Both the position numbers and the translations under genes were made by a program. From the sequence record SRR20825006_230: DNA of 45,225 nt; one strand, written 5' to 3'. Positions 36,459 through 45,225 of the stretch are shown in pieces. Every line of letters starts with the position of its first letter. The stretch's first letter is position 1. The notes under the pieces were generated by a model that saw nothing but the letters and a program-made list of their open reading frames with translations, had not been told where the DNA came from and did no database searches.

Positions 36459-37325
36459 ATGATACAACTTAATTGGCAGGACATATTTATCATTGATCGA
36501 TTTTCTACGTCGAGATGGGATGCTGTAAATAAAGGTGACATTTATTTTCAGATCTTGTTTATTGAAGAAGGTAGTGGTCGTATTACAATTGATCACAAAG
36601 TGACCTCTTACAAGAGTCGTGATATATTTGTCTTTGCAAAGAATGAAGTCCCAGACATCAAAACTCACGAAACTACAACGTTTATTATTTTCAAATTCAC
36701 TGATTTGCTTTTCTCCAGCAAAGTGAGTTTACCAGACAAACAAAACTGGTTACGCCGTAGTGAATTTATTCTTAATCATCCTAAACGTAAATTTCAAGAA
36801 GCGCTTAAAAATATTGAAGATCGTGACCTTATATGGCGTATTCTGTTTTTTATCAGAAAAGAAAACACGGCCAAGGAGCAATATTATTTGCAGATTATTG
36901 CCAATATGGTAAGTACGATACTCAGTATAATCGCTCGAAATGTTACTGAGAAAAATCCGGAGCATATTACCCCAAAATCTACAAAGAAAAATGAGCGCAT
37001 TGATGAGATCTATGCGTACATCAGGTATAATATTTATGATACCAATTTGCTCAAGATTTCTGCAATTGCTAAACACTTTCATATAACGAGCAGTACGCTC
37101 AGCAATTATTTCAAGAAAGAAACAGGAAACTCCTTGCACAATTATATCTTACTGTACAAGTTAGAAATTGCCAAAGACCGTCTTTTAAATTCTGATTTTA
37201 CGGTTTCGCAAATAGCGATCCAATTAGGATTTACAGATGAAAGTCATCTCACCCGTATCTTTAAGAAATATTGCGACGCAACGCCGAAACAATATAAAGA
37301 TAGCCACGTACTGGCTGACGAGTAA
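36459..37325 (+). CDS. AraC-family regulator
   Basis: LSNYFKKETG, VSQIA..LGFTDESH..RIFKK....TP..YK. Confidence 0.9.
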   Translation: MIQLNWQDIFIIDRFSTSRWDAVNKGDIYFQILFIEEGSGRITIDHKVTSYKSRDIFVFAKNEVPDIKTHETTTFIIFKFTDLLFSSKVSLPDKQNWLRRSEFILNHPKRKFQEALKNIEDRDLIWRILFFIRKENTAKEQYYLQIIANMVSTILSIIARNVTEKNPEHITPKSTKKNERIDEIYAYIRYNIYDTNLLKISAIAKHFHITSSTLSNYFKKETGNSLHNYILLYKLEIAKDRLLNSDFTVSQIAIQLGFTDESHLTRIFKKYCDATPKQYKDSHVLADE

Positions 37326-37355
37326 GTGGCTAGAGTTTCTTAAGGTCTTAACTTG

Positions 37356-38144
37356 CTATTTAAAAATCTCATTCAAGACAGCTGCCAGGCGCACGCCGCC
37401 TTTTTGAAGCTGCTCTTGAATGATATGGTAGTTATCTGCTTGATAGCGATAGCTAAGCTTCTCTCCTATTTCTGCAGATGAATAAACCATTTCCGCGAGA
37501 TCCTGGCCTTCACTAACCCAGTCTAATACATTACCTGAAGTAAGTGCTTTATATTCGGTTTTTGAAACCTCACCAAAATTAGCCGCTAATTCGCTATAAG
37601 ACATCCCATAGCTTTCGATCATTTTGGTGTCCCAAAGCGAGTGTAAATTCGTACCGTCATTAAACCAGCGTACTTGAAAATCATTTCCGCCTTTATCTTC
37701 GGCGTGACCTAAATGTAGAGGTTGGTGCAAATCTCCAATAAAATGAACGAGCATTTTTAAGTAAAAGGCTTTTTCTTCCTCTGAAGACTCATCAGAAAGT
37801 AAAATCTCCTTACAAGTTCTTATTCCTTGTACAAGATCGCCATATTCATTTTTATCAGCTTCAGCATAAGTTAAGCCAGGTGCTATATTTACGTAATGCC
37901 AGCTGCTGTACTTTCTATATTCTTCATAGCTTTTGATTTCATCTCCGTAAGTTGAAACAGTAACTAAGGTTTCTGCACCCAGAAGTTTTTCAATCGCCTT
38001 TCTAGTTTTTGGTTTTAAGTATTTAGTCGCTATTGCAGCTACTGCACGGTGGCCTTTACTTCCCCAATCTTCGTCACTACCCATTGCTTTTACGTTAAAA
38101 GCTAAACTCAATATAATACCGAATGCTAAAAGTCTTCTTTTCAT
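37356..38144 (-). CDS. secreted S1/P1 nuclease
   Basis: WGSKGH, WHYVN, HFIGDLHQPLH, D.GGN, NLHSLWD; signal peptide from ATG 38144; TATTTTTG at 38161-38168 (minus). Confidence 0.94.
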   Translation of the reverse strand: MKRRLLAFGIILSLAFNVKAMGSDEDWGSKGHRAVAAIATKYLKPKTRKAIEKLLGAETLVTVSTYGDEIKSYEEYRKYSSWHYVNIAPGLTYAEADKNEYGDLVQGIRTCKEILLSDESSEEEKAFYLKMLVHFIGDLHQPLHLGHAEDKGGNDFQVRWFNDGTNLHSLWDTKMIESYGMSYSELAANFGEVSKTEYKALTSGNVLDWVSEGQDLAEMVYSSAEIGEKLSYRYQADNYHIIQEQLQKGGVRLAAVLNEIFK

Positions 38145-38379
38145 TGTTGCTAATTTTCGGCAAAAATAAGCTATCACGCTTCTTTACCCGCACGCAACTA
38201 AGGTTAATTTGGAATATGAAATTAAATCGAAAAAGCACCGTTATAGACCTACATTAATCAGGGACTTCCTTCTGCGGTCAAACTTTTAGCCTTATCTTAT
38301 CTTAAAATTTGTGTAAGACTTTCATCAACTAAATATCTTTGTTTTAGTTTGTGGCATTATTTTTAATAGATTATTCTGT

Positions 38380-38871
38380 ATGAAAACATTTAAAGAAATA
38401 CAGCGATTTGATCAATGGTGGTTACGCTTACTCCTTGTAGTAATTCTCGCAATTGCCGTAAGTCCGCTTGTTTTAGATTGGGATAATTTAAAATTTTCTA
38501 AGTTCGAGATCGCTTCTGTGATTCTCAGCATTTTAGTGATTTTAGGCCTCTTTCTTGGCTTTTGGTATATCTTCAAATTAGAAACCACAATAGACGAAAA
38601 AGGAATTACATATCGCTTTGTTCCTTTTCATATCAAGTCAAGGTTTAAAGCTTGGAGCGAAATCAAGAGCGCCAAAATTCGTAAATACAATCCTATCAGA
38701 GAATACGGCGGCTGGGGTTACCGTATTTCTTTCACAAAACGAAAAGCCTTGACTACCAAAGGCAGAAAAGGACTGCAATTGGTTTTTAACGATGGTAATG
38801 AGCTACTACTGGGCACACAATATCCCGAGAAAATTGATGCCTTATTAACACACTATTCAAAATTAAAATAA
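38380..38871 (+). CDS. membrane protein (2 TM plus bacterial PH-like domain)
   Basis: F.E.QRF.QWW, L.T.ID..GI, Y.P..EYGGWG.R, LLGTQ.P. Confidence 0.75.
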   Translation: MKTFKEIQRFDQWWLRLLLVVILAIAVSPLVLDWDNLKFSKFEIASVILSILVILGLFLGFWYIFKLETTIDEKGITYRFVPFHIKSRFKAWSEIKSAKIRKYNPIREYGGWGYRISFTKRKALTTKGRKGLQLVFNDGNELLLGTQYPEKIDALLTHYSKLK

Positions 38872-38874
38872 GGT

Positions 38875-39792
38875 ATGCGGCTTGTTTTCATTTTAGTTCT
38901 GTTATTAGTGGTTAGCACTGCTCATAGTCAAGACCCCACATCTTCTGAAATTCAAATTAATGAGTTCATCTCCGGGACACTGCTTCAACCTGTAAAACGA
39001 ACTGATACGTTAGCCATTATAATTGCCGGTTCAGGACCTACAGATCGCAATGGCAATCAGCAAATGATGCAAAACAATAGCCTCAAGCAACTAGCTCAGC
39101 AGCTTACCAAAAACGGTTTTGCTACGTTTAGATATGACAAACGCCTTTTTGCTTTGATGCGGCAAAATGCACTGATAGAAGAACAACTCAGCTTTGATGA
39201 TTTTGTTAGCGATGCTGTTACCACAGTAAATTATTTTGAGCAAGATTTTAAAACAATTGTATTGATCGGGCATTCTCAGGGAGCCTTAATTGCAAAGCTC
39301 GCAGCACAACAGACTAAAGTCAGTAAGTTGGTTTCTCTTGCCGGTGCCGGTCAGGCGATAGATTTTGTAATTCTTGATCAAATCAAAAAGCAAGCTCCCG
39401 GTTTGGCAGAAAATGCGCAACAAGCTTTAACCGATTTAAAAGAAACCGGAACTTCTGAAAACTACAATCCTGCCTTGGCGTCCATTTTTAGACCTTCTGT
39501 GCAACCCTTTATGAAAAGTTGGATCAAGTATGATCCTGCTGAAGAGATCAGCGCGCTAGAAATCCCTATACTTATTGTTACGGGAACTAAAGATCTTCAA
39601 GTTCCACTTAAGGAAGGCGAACTTTTGAAAGAGGCGCAACCCAAGGCAGAATATGCGATAATTGAGAGCATGAATCACGTTCTCAAAACCATTGAAGGTG
39701 ATGATATCGAAAATTCAAAATCTTACAACGAAGCATCGAGACCGATCAATACCGAATTGATCAAAGAAATTACCAGATTTATCAGAGAGTAG
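38875..39792 (+). CDS. secreted alpha/beta hydrolase
   Basis: GSGPTDRNGN, RYDKR, GHSQG nucleophile elbow, G.KDLQV, MNH. Confidence 0.9.
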   Translation: MRLVFILVLLLVVSTAHSQDPTSSEIQINEFISGTLLQPVKRTDTLAIIIAGSGPTDRNGNQQMMQNNSLKQLAQQLTKNGFATFRYDKRLFALMRQNALIEEQLSFDDFVSDAVTTVNYFEQDFKTIVLIGHSQGALIAKLAAQQTKVSKLVSLAGAGQAIDFVILDQIKKQAPGLAENAQQALTDLKETGTSENYNPALASIFRPSVQPFMKSWIKYDPAEEISALEIPILIVTGTKDLQVPLKEGELLKEAQPKAEYAIIESMNHVLKTIEGDDIENSKSYNEASRPINTELIKEITRFIRE

Positions 39793-39939
39793 CATTAGTC
39801 TCAAACTAAAAAATAGATGAAGCAATTGTACATTTATCCGCTGTACAACAGGCTTGTTCATAATTTGACTTCAGTAAACGCCCTTGCACTAGTATTTAAA
39901 GAAGAATTTAGGCATATTTGCAACCTAAAATGACAAAAA

Positions 39940-40695
39940 ATGCAAATTAGATCGGCTATTCTTGGCCTCGTATGTTTATTAGTCCTTGCAAGTTGTGGTA
40001 AGGATGGCGACTTCACACTTACCGGAAAAATTAATGGTTTAAAAAAAGGAAAGATTTATTTACAGCGTATTGAAGACACTTCGCTTGTAAATATAGACAG
40101 CGTTATTGTAGATGGAAATCCTGAATTTGAATTCATTACTGATCTAAAAGAACCGCAAATTGTTTACCTCACCCTTGAAAAGGTAGACGCTTATGAGTAC
40201 GACGATCGCATCATGATTTTTGCAGAACCAGGTGAAATGACTTTAAACACTTCGCTAAAGAATTTTGAAAGTCAGGCAGCTATTACCGGTTCGCAAAACC
40301 AACAAAAACTGGACGAATATTCAAAAGTCATTCATCGATTTAATGATAAGAATCTTGATTTGATCAAGAGAAGTTTTGAGGTAAGAAAAGAAGGCATCGA
40401 AGACTCGATCATTTATTACGATACGCAACTTCAGAATTTAATGAAGCGAAAGTATTTATATACAGTTAATTTTGCTATTACCAATAAAGAATACGAAATC
40501 GCGCCATACCTCGCTGTTTCTGAAATATTTGACGCCAATATTAAATATTTAGATACTATCTATACTTCGCTAAAACCTAAAGTACGCAAATCTAAATATG
40601 GTAAAGCGCTTAAAGATTATATTGAGGAGCGTAAAGAAACTAATACCAATGAGGCGACTACAACTACGATTGACTCAACTGTAGTTGAAGAGTAA
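39940..40695 (+). CDS. lipoprotein, DUF4369-like
   Basis: Lipobox LASC; G.I.GLKKG..YLQ, F.EPG, I.GS.NQ. Confidence 0.78.
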   Translation: MQIRSAILGLVCLLVLASCGKDGDFTLTGKINGLKKGKIYLQRIEDTSLVNIDSVIVDGNPEFEFITDLKEPQIVYLTLEKVDAYEYDDRIMIFAEPGEMTLNTSLKNFESQAAITGSQNQQKLDEYSKVIHRFNDKNLDLIKRSFEVRKEGIEDSIIYYDTQLQNLMKRKYLYTVNFAITNKEYEIAPYLAVSEIFDANIKYLDTIYTSLKPKVRKSKYGKALKDYIEERKETNTNEATTTTIDSTVVEE

Positions 40696-40748
40696 AGAGA
40701 GGAAAGTTTATTTGGTTCAATATGCTGGCCAAATGTTCAGCGCATGAA

Positions 40749-40782
40749 AAATGCCCTTAACTTCTAAAAGTTAAGGGCATTT
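40749..40782. terminator. bidirectional intrinsic terminator
   Basis: AAATGCCCTTAACTT/AAGTTAAGGGCATTT perfect 15-bp stem. Confidence 0.88.
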
Positions 40783-40802
40783 CATTTTAGGGTGAACCTT
40801 AA

Positions 40803-41069
40803 TTACAATGCGTTCACTCGGTCAATTAAAGCCTTACCGCGCTCTTCTAATTCAGCGTTAACCGCTTTTAGATGTTTACGTCTGTTTTCGACTTTATTGT
40901 TATTTACTTTTGCGATAAGTTCGTCAAAGGTCACAATAGCATCATCTACAATAGCTTCAGCTTCTTTGTGATCCTCTTTAGGATTAATAGCCTCCCAGAT
41001 GTATACTGCGTCGATAATATCGCCTAAAACAAAGTTTATATCTTTCTTAAGATCTCTAATACTTGCCAT
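40803..41069 (-). CDS. conserved hypothetical helical protein (88 aa)
   Basis: MAS.RDLKKDIN.VLGDII pattern; own TACTTTTG -7 box at 41083-41090 (minus). Confidence 0.8.
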   Translation of the reverse strand: MASIRDLKKDINFVLGDIIDAVYIWEAINPKEDHKEAEAIVDDAIVTFDELIAKVNNNKVENRRKHLKAVNAELEERGKALIDRVNAL

Positions 41070-41110
41070 AATAAAAATTTTTGCAAAAGTACATCTAATT
41101 TTTAAAGCGG

Positions 41111-42076
41111 TTACAAGTAAACTTCGAGAATCTCACAAGATTCTGCGTCTAAGGTAACCTCGTCACTAGCAGCAGGAATTAACAGCGTTTCTCCGGCGTT
41201 TAAACTACCTTCAATCTCACCGTCAGAAAAGTTAAGCGATCCGCTTACAACAATTATAATTGTAAAAGTATCTGTACGTGCTATAGAATATGGTTTAGTA
41301 AGTTTTACCCATTCCGTTTTGAAATATGTGTGATGTTTAACGACTTGAGGAGTGTTTGTTACGCTTCGGTCGTATTCTAATTTAAAATCCTGAGTGGTTT
41401 CAAAATCTAAAACTTCTCGTGATTCTTTGACGTGAAGGTCTCTTAAGTTCCCTTCATCATCCTTTCGGTTATAATCATATACACGGTACGTCACGTCTGA
41501 TGTTTGCTGAATTTCGGCTAACAATACACCACCACCTATGGCATGAATTCTACCGGCATTGATAAAGAACGAATCGCCTTCACTCACTATATGCTGATCC
41601 ATTACTTCTTCAATGCTAAGGTCATCTATGCGCTTATCGTATTCCTCCTTGGTGATCTTCTGGTTGAAACCTACGGTAAGCTTAGCGCCTTCGTCAGCTT
41701 GCATGATGTACCACATTTCGGTTTTACCAACACCCGTAGGTGAAGTTTCGTCTGTAGGATGCACTTGTATCGAAAGATCAGAAGCAGCATCAATAAATTT
41801 GATCAACAACGGAAAATGTGGGCCGAATTTATCATAGACTTTAGCTCCTAATAAAGCCGCTGGATCTTCTAAAATCGCCTCATTAAGTGTTTTTCCTTGT
41901 AAAGCGCCATTACTCACTGTACTCTGCCCTTCTTCAAGATCTGCTATTTCCCAGCTCTCCCCCATCTTTGCGGTGGCGCTGTTTCCTTTATTAAATAGTT
42001 TGTTTAGTTTTTGACCTCCCCAGATTTTTTCTTTTAGGACAGGTTGAAAAGTCATTGGATAAACCGTTTTACTCAT
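41111..42076 (-). CDS. manA: type I phosphomannose isomerase
   Basis: KIWGG, GESWE, FPLLIKFIDA..DLSIQVHP, GKTEMWY, G.IHA, EIQQ.SD.TYR.YDY. Confidence 0.9.
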   Translation of the reverse strand: MSKTVYPMTFQPVLKEKIWGGQKLNKLFNKGNSATAKMGESWEIADLEEGQSTVSNGALQGKTLNEAILEDPAALLGAKVYDKFGPHFPLLIKFIDAASDLSIQVHPTDETSPTGVGKTEMWYIMQADEGAKLTVGFNQKITKEEYDKRIDDLSIEEVMDQHIVSEGDSFFINAGRIHAIGGGVLLAEIQQTSDVTYRVYDYNRKDDEGNLRDLHVKESREVLDFETTQDFKLEYDRSVTNTPQVVKHHTYFKTEWVKLTKPYSIARTDTFTIIIVVSGSLNFSDGEIEGSLNAGETLLIPAASDEVTLDAESCEILEVYL

Positions 42077-42127
42077 AATTGTATTGAAATGAGCCCTAAG
42101 GCTTTTTGATTAGTTTGCTTCTTATAA

Positions 42128-42541
42128 TTATTCTCCAGAATAGGTTACTGAATTGCGTGGGGTTTCATAAAGGGTTACTTCGATCTTGAAGGTCTCAGAG
42201 AGCTGCTTTTTTAATCTATCATAAATCACCACACAGATATTTTCTGCAGTAGGGTTTAATGTTGAAAACTCAGGTACGTCAAGATTTAGATTTTTGTGAT
42301 CAAACGGCTCTTCAACCTCTGCTTTGATCAAATCCTTGAGGACTTTTAGATCAATCACAAAACCAGTTTCAGGATCAATGGGGCCGGTAACAGCTACGAT
42401 AAGTTCATAATTATGCCCGTGGTAATTAGGATAGCTACATTTCCCGAAAACTTCAAGATTCTTAGCATCATCCCAATCGGCTCTGTAAAGCCGATGCGCA
42501 GCGTTAAAATGCGCTTTACGCTTCACTGTAACCTGTTTCAT
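42128..42541 (-). CDS. 6-pyruvoyl-tetrahydropterin synthase / QueD family protein
   Basis: FNAAHRL, C...HGHNY, DHKNLN, PTAEN, ETP; PTPS subtype not resolvable by eye. Confidence 0.88.
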   Translation of the reverse strand: MKQVTVKRKAHFNAAHRLYRADWDDAKNLEVFGKCSYPNYHGHNYELIVAVTGPIDPETGFVIDLKVLKDLIKAEVEEPFDHKNLNLDVPEFSTLNPTAENICVVIYDRLKKQLSETFKIEVTLYETPRNSVTYSGE

Positions 42542-43059
42542 TAGCGTTCTATCTGGTTGTAAAATTTGTCAAATATGATCTTAAACCATTCGGTATACTG
42601 TTCAGGATGTACTTTCATATCCTTTTCAATATCTTCTAGAGACATCCATTTCCATTCTGAAACTTCATCAGGATTAATATTGGGCTCATCATTATAATCC
42701 CCTAAAAGAATATAGTCATATTCATGTTCCGTCAAACCATTATCAAATGGCGCTTTGTAAATAAAAGATATGTTCTCAGTAAGCGAAGTGGTAAAGCCCA
42801 TTTCTTCCATCAGACGTCTTTTCCCGGCCTCTACGTTGGTTTCTCCTTCTCGTTGATGACTGCAGCACGTATTTGTCCATAATCCCGGAGAATGATATTT
42901 ATGTGCCGCTCTGCGTTGAATCATTAATTGATTCTGATCATTGAAAACAAATACCGAAAATGCACGATGCAGTAGCGCTTTCTCATGCGCTTCCATCTTA
43001 GGCATCAAACCTACTTGACGGTCGTTTTCATCAACCAAAATCACCAATTCTTCTTTCAT
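42541..43059 (-). CDS. idi: isopentenyl-diphosphate delta-isomerase type I
   Basis: K.EAH....LHRAFSVF, WTNTCCSH, RRL.EEMG, EHE.D, NPDEV. Confidence 0.95.
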   Translation of the reverse strand: MKEELVILVDENDRQVGLMPKMEAHEKALLHRAFSVFVFNDQNQLMIQRRAAHKYHSPGLWTNTCCSHQREGETNVEAGKRRLMEEMGFTTSLTENISFIYKAPFDNGLTEHEYDYILLGDYNDEPNINPDEVSEWKWMSLEDIEKDMKVHPEQYTEWFKIIFDKFYNQIER

Positions 43060-43109
43060 AAACTTGTTTTAGTGGTAAATGTACAAATACAAACCCCCTG
43101 TAACAATAG

Positions 43110-43136
43110 AAAAAGCCTTCTAAATTTAGAAGGCTT
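43110..43136 (-). terminator. terminator of the OmpA-family gene
   Basis: Perfect palindrome AAGCCTTCTAAATTTAGAAGGCTT with a U tract on the minus strand. Confidence 0.8.
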
Positions 43137-43168
43137 CTCAGGGTTTGTTATGTTAGATGCATTGACAA

Positions 43169-45085
43169 TTAATAGTCTTGAACAATAAACTCACTACGTC
43201 TATTGAGTTGATGTTGCTCTTCGGTACACTGTACGCCATTACTACACTCGTTGAGCAATTGGGTTTCTCCATAACCGCGACCGGTTAGACGCTCTCTGGA
43301 AATCCCTCCCTCTTCTACGATATAGTCAATGGTAGATTTGTTACGTCTTTCTGACAACGCAAGGTTGTAAGCGTCGTTCCCACGACTATCTGTATGAGAA
43401 CGCACATCTATGCGCAATTCAGGATATTCCTTCAAAATTTCGATAACCTTTGCTAATTCTACAGCCGCATCTGGTCTGATGTACGATTTATCAAAGTCGA
43501 AGTAAATTGGATTGATCAATTTGCCAAGATCAAAATCAGGTGGTATCTGTGTTATCGAAGGCTCTAATTCTAGAACCACACTTACCTCACTGCTCGAAGA
43601 AGGAATTTTAACCAGTTTTTCATCCGTTAAATAACCTTCCATCTCCCCGCGTACAAAGTATTCTTTGTCACACTCCGGATCGTTGTAAGCAAAGGTCGCG
43701 TCTGGAGCCTCAGCAGTTCCTGAAATAACAAGATTATTCTCTGTATCTCTTACACCTACCATTGCTCCGTTAAGGGGCTCTTTAGTATTCTTATCAATAA
43801 CATTTACAATGAGTGTACTTTCGCAAGCAGATTGTATAAAGGTATATATATCATCATCAAGCGGATTGTTAGCTCGGTTGGTTGCAAAAAAGCCTCTACC
43901 GGTTTCACTATTAATGATAAATGTAAAATCGTCTTTTACACTGTTTACAGGAGCACCAATATTTTCTAGGCTTTCATCTTCAAAATCATATACGTAAACA
44001 TCTAGACCTCCCAAACCGGCACGACCATCAGTTGAAAAATACAATTTACCCTCTTTACTAATAAAAGGGAAAGTCTCACGTCCCGGAGTATTAATCTTAT
44101 CTCCTAAGTTTTCAACCTCTCCAAATGTTCCATCCTCGTTTAGAGCAACTTTCCACAAGTCAGATTCACCATAAGTTCCGGGTCTATCCGATGCAAAATA
44201 AAGGGTTTTACCATCTATTGAAAGCGCAGGGTGTGCAGTCGAAAAGCCATTGTCATTAAATGGAAGTTCTTCTACGTTATTAAAACCATCTCCATTACGC
44301 TGTGCCTTATAAAGCTTCAATCTATTGGTATTGTTGCTATCAGCTTTATAGGTATCGTTAGTAAAATTATTTCTGGTAAAATAAAGCGTATTTCCATCAG
44401 TACTTAGTAAAGCAGTACTTTCGTGAAATTCAGTATTTACACTACCTGGTAATTTAGAAGCCGTGGCAACCTGATTGTTTTCATCAATATCACCTACGTA
44501 TAGATCAAGGAAGGGTTGGTCATTCCACTTGTGAATGCGTTTTGTGAATGTACCGGTATCACGAGTAGATGCAAATAAAAGCTGCTCTCCGTAAAAAGAA
44601 GGAGCAAAATCAGAAAATTTAGCTGCATTCACTTTTAGCTTTTCAATCTCAAAAGTTGCGCTACCATTTTCTATTTCTGAAATGCTTTGACTGCTGTATA
44701 AATCATCAGAACTACTCACCGCTTCTTGATACAGCGCAATCATCTCAGTAGATTTGTCATACTGCTTTTCTGCCCTTAAGGCCTGCGCATATCTAAAATA
44801 TTGGTAAGGAGTCACTTCCTCCGGGTATTTCTCAACTAGTTTAGTATACCAAGTTACTGCCTCTTTATAGTCAGCGTTATAGTAAAAACTATCCCCCAGT
44901 TTTGAGAATAGGTCTGCAGATTCGTAACCTTCTTCTGCCACACGCAAATAAATCTTTTGAGAATCTACAAAAGCGTATTGATCAAATTTTTTGTTTCCCT
45001 TAGCAATCTCACGTTCCTGAGCGTAAATACTATCAAAACTAAAAGCAATAGCTAAGAGTAGAATGACTTGTAATAATTGTTTCAT
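43169..45085 (-). CDS. OmpA-family peptidoglycan-binding protein, PorE-like architecture (TPR, PD40 propeller, CRD, OmpA_C)
   Basis: TPR-like N-terminus, LYF.SDRPG..G..D repeats, IYFDFDK, SHTDSRG...YN..LS.RR, NRR.EF. Confidence 0.9.
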   Translation of the reverse strand: MKQLLQVILLLAIAFSFDSIYAQEREIAKGNKKFDQYAFVDSQKIYLRVAEEGYESADLFSKLGDSFYYNADYKEAVTWYTKLVEKYPEEVTPYQYFRYAQALRAEKQYDKSTEMIALYQEAVSSSDDLYSSQSISEIENGSATFEIEKLKVNAAKFSDFAPSFYGEQLLFASTRDTGTFTKRIHKWNDQPFLDLYVGDIDENNQVATASKLPGSVNTEFHESTALLSTDGNTLYFTRNNFTNDTYKADSNNTNRLKLYKAQRNGDGFNNVEELPFNDNGFSTAHPALSIDGKTLYFASDRPGTYGESDLWKVALNEDGTFGEVENLGDKINTPGRETFPFISKEGKLYFSTDGRAGLGGLDVYVYDFEDESLENIGAPVNSVKDDFTFIINSETGRGFFATNRANNPLDDDIYTFIQSACESTLIVNVIDKNTKEPLNGAMVGVRDTENNLVISGTAEAPDATFAYNDPECDKEYFVRGEMEGYLTDEKLVKIPSSSSEVSVVLELEPSITQIPPDFDLGKLINPIYFDFDKSYIRPDAAVELAKVIEILKEYPELRIDVRSHTDSRGNDAYNLALSERRNKSTIDYIVEEGGISRERLTGRGYGETQLLNECSNGVQCTEEQHQLNRRSEFIVQDY

Positions 45086-45225
45086 AGGGGCGTATTTTTA
45101 ATTAAAAGAATCGTGGTGTTAACATACGGTTGTATTCTTTAAATAATTCAAAACGTAAAAATACTTCATAAGTTCCATTATTGTAAGTCGCATTCCCTAA
45201 ATCTGTTGATTCTCTGTCATATGCG

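Noticed and set aside
37488-37690. 10-11 bp matches to the REP arm (CATTTCCGCGA at 37488, TCATTTCCGC at 37681)
   Set aside because: Inside the S1/P1 nuclease coding sequence (one encodes the conserved GGND motif), with no second arm; chance matches

Overview
45-kb chromosomal window from a Bacteroidota bacterium, most likely a marine Flavobacteriaceae member. This is inferred from TAnnTTTG promoters, absence of Shine-Dalgarno motifs, gene content and the SecA type. It starts with a complete attenuated trp operon (unannotated leader peptide MKNKTVNTWWWISQQ plus terminator, then trpE-G-D-C-F-B-[GIY-YIG]-A). The rest is mostly housekeeping and envelope genes: SulP, sorbosone-dehydrogenase-like lipoprotein, TonB-dependent receptor, two tandem paralogues, coaD, ddl, PASTA protein, RluA/RluD, PduO-type adenosyltransferase, DUF2795, secA, HAD, TetR+ABC1 kinase, htpG, pncB/pncA, DUF429, two AraC regulators, S1/P1 nuclease, PMI, queD-like, idi and an OmpA/PorE-like protein. 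No rRNA, tRNA, CRISPR array, IS transposase or prophage was seen. The most striking feature is a 97-aa stand-alone GIY-YIG nuclease between trpB and trpA, bracketed by a perfect 24-bp inverted pair of self-hairpinning REP-like palindromes (TCATTTCCGCGAAGGCGGAAATCT). Solo, degenerate, nested and compensatorily mutated copies of this palindrome occur in other trp spacers, and a related hairpin lies in-frame inside trpF. The layout mirrors RAYT/REP systems but with a GIY-YIG enzyme, making it a candidate undescribed nuclease-driven repeat system. Other leads: an unannotated 42-aa ORF, a five-hairpin secA leader, a candidate 3'-UTR sRNA with UUGGUU seeds, a perfect 14-bp inverted repeat in the divergent AraC promoter, and probable leaderless genes. 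All family assignments are motif recognition by eye, not database searches.
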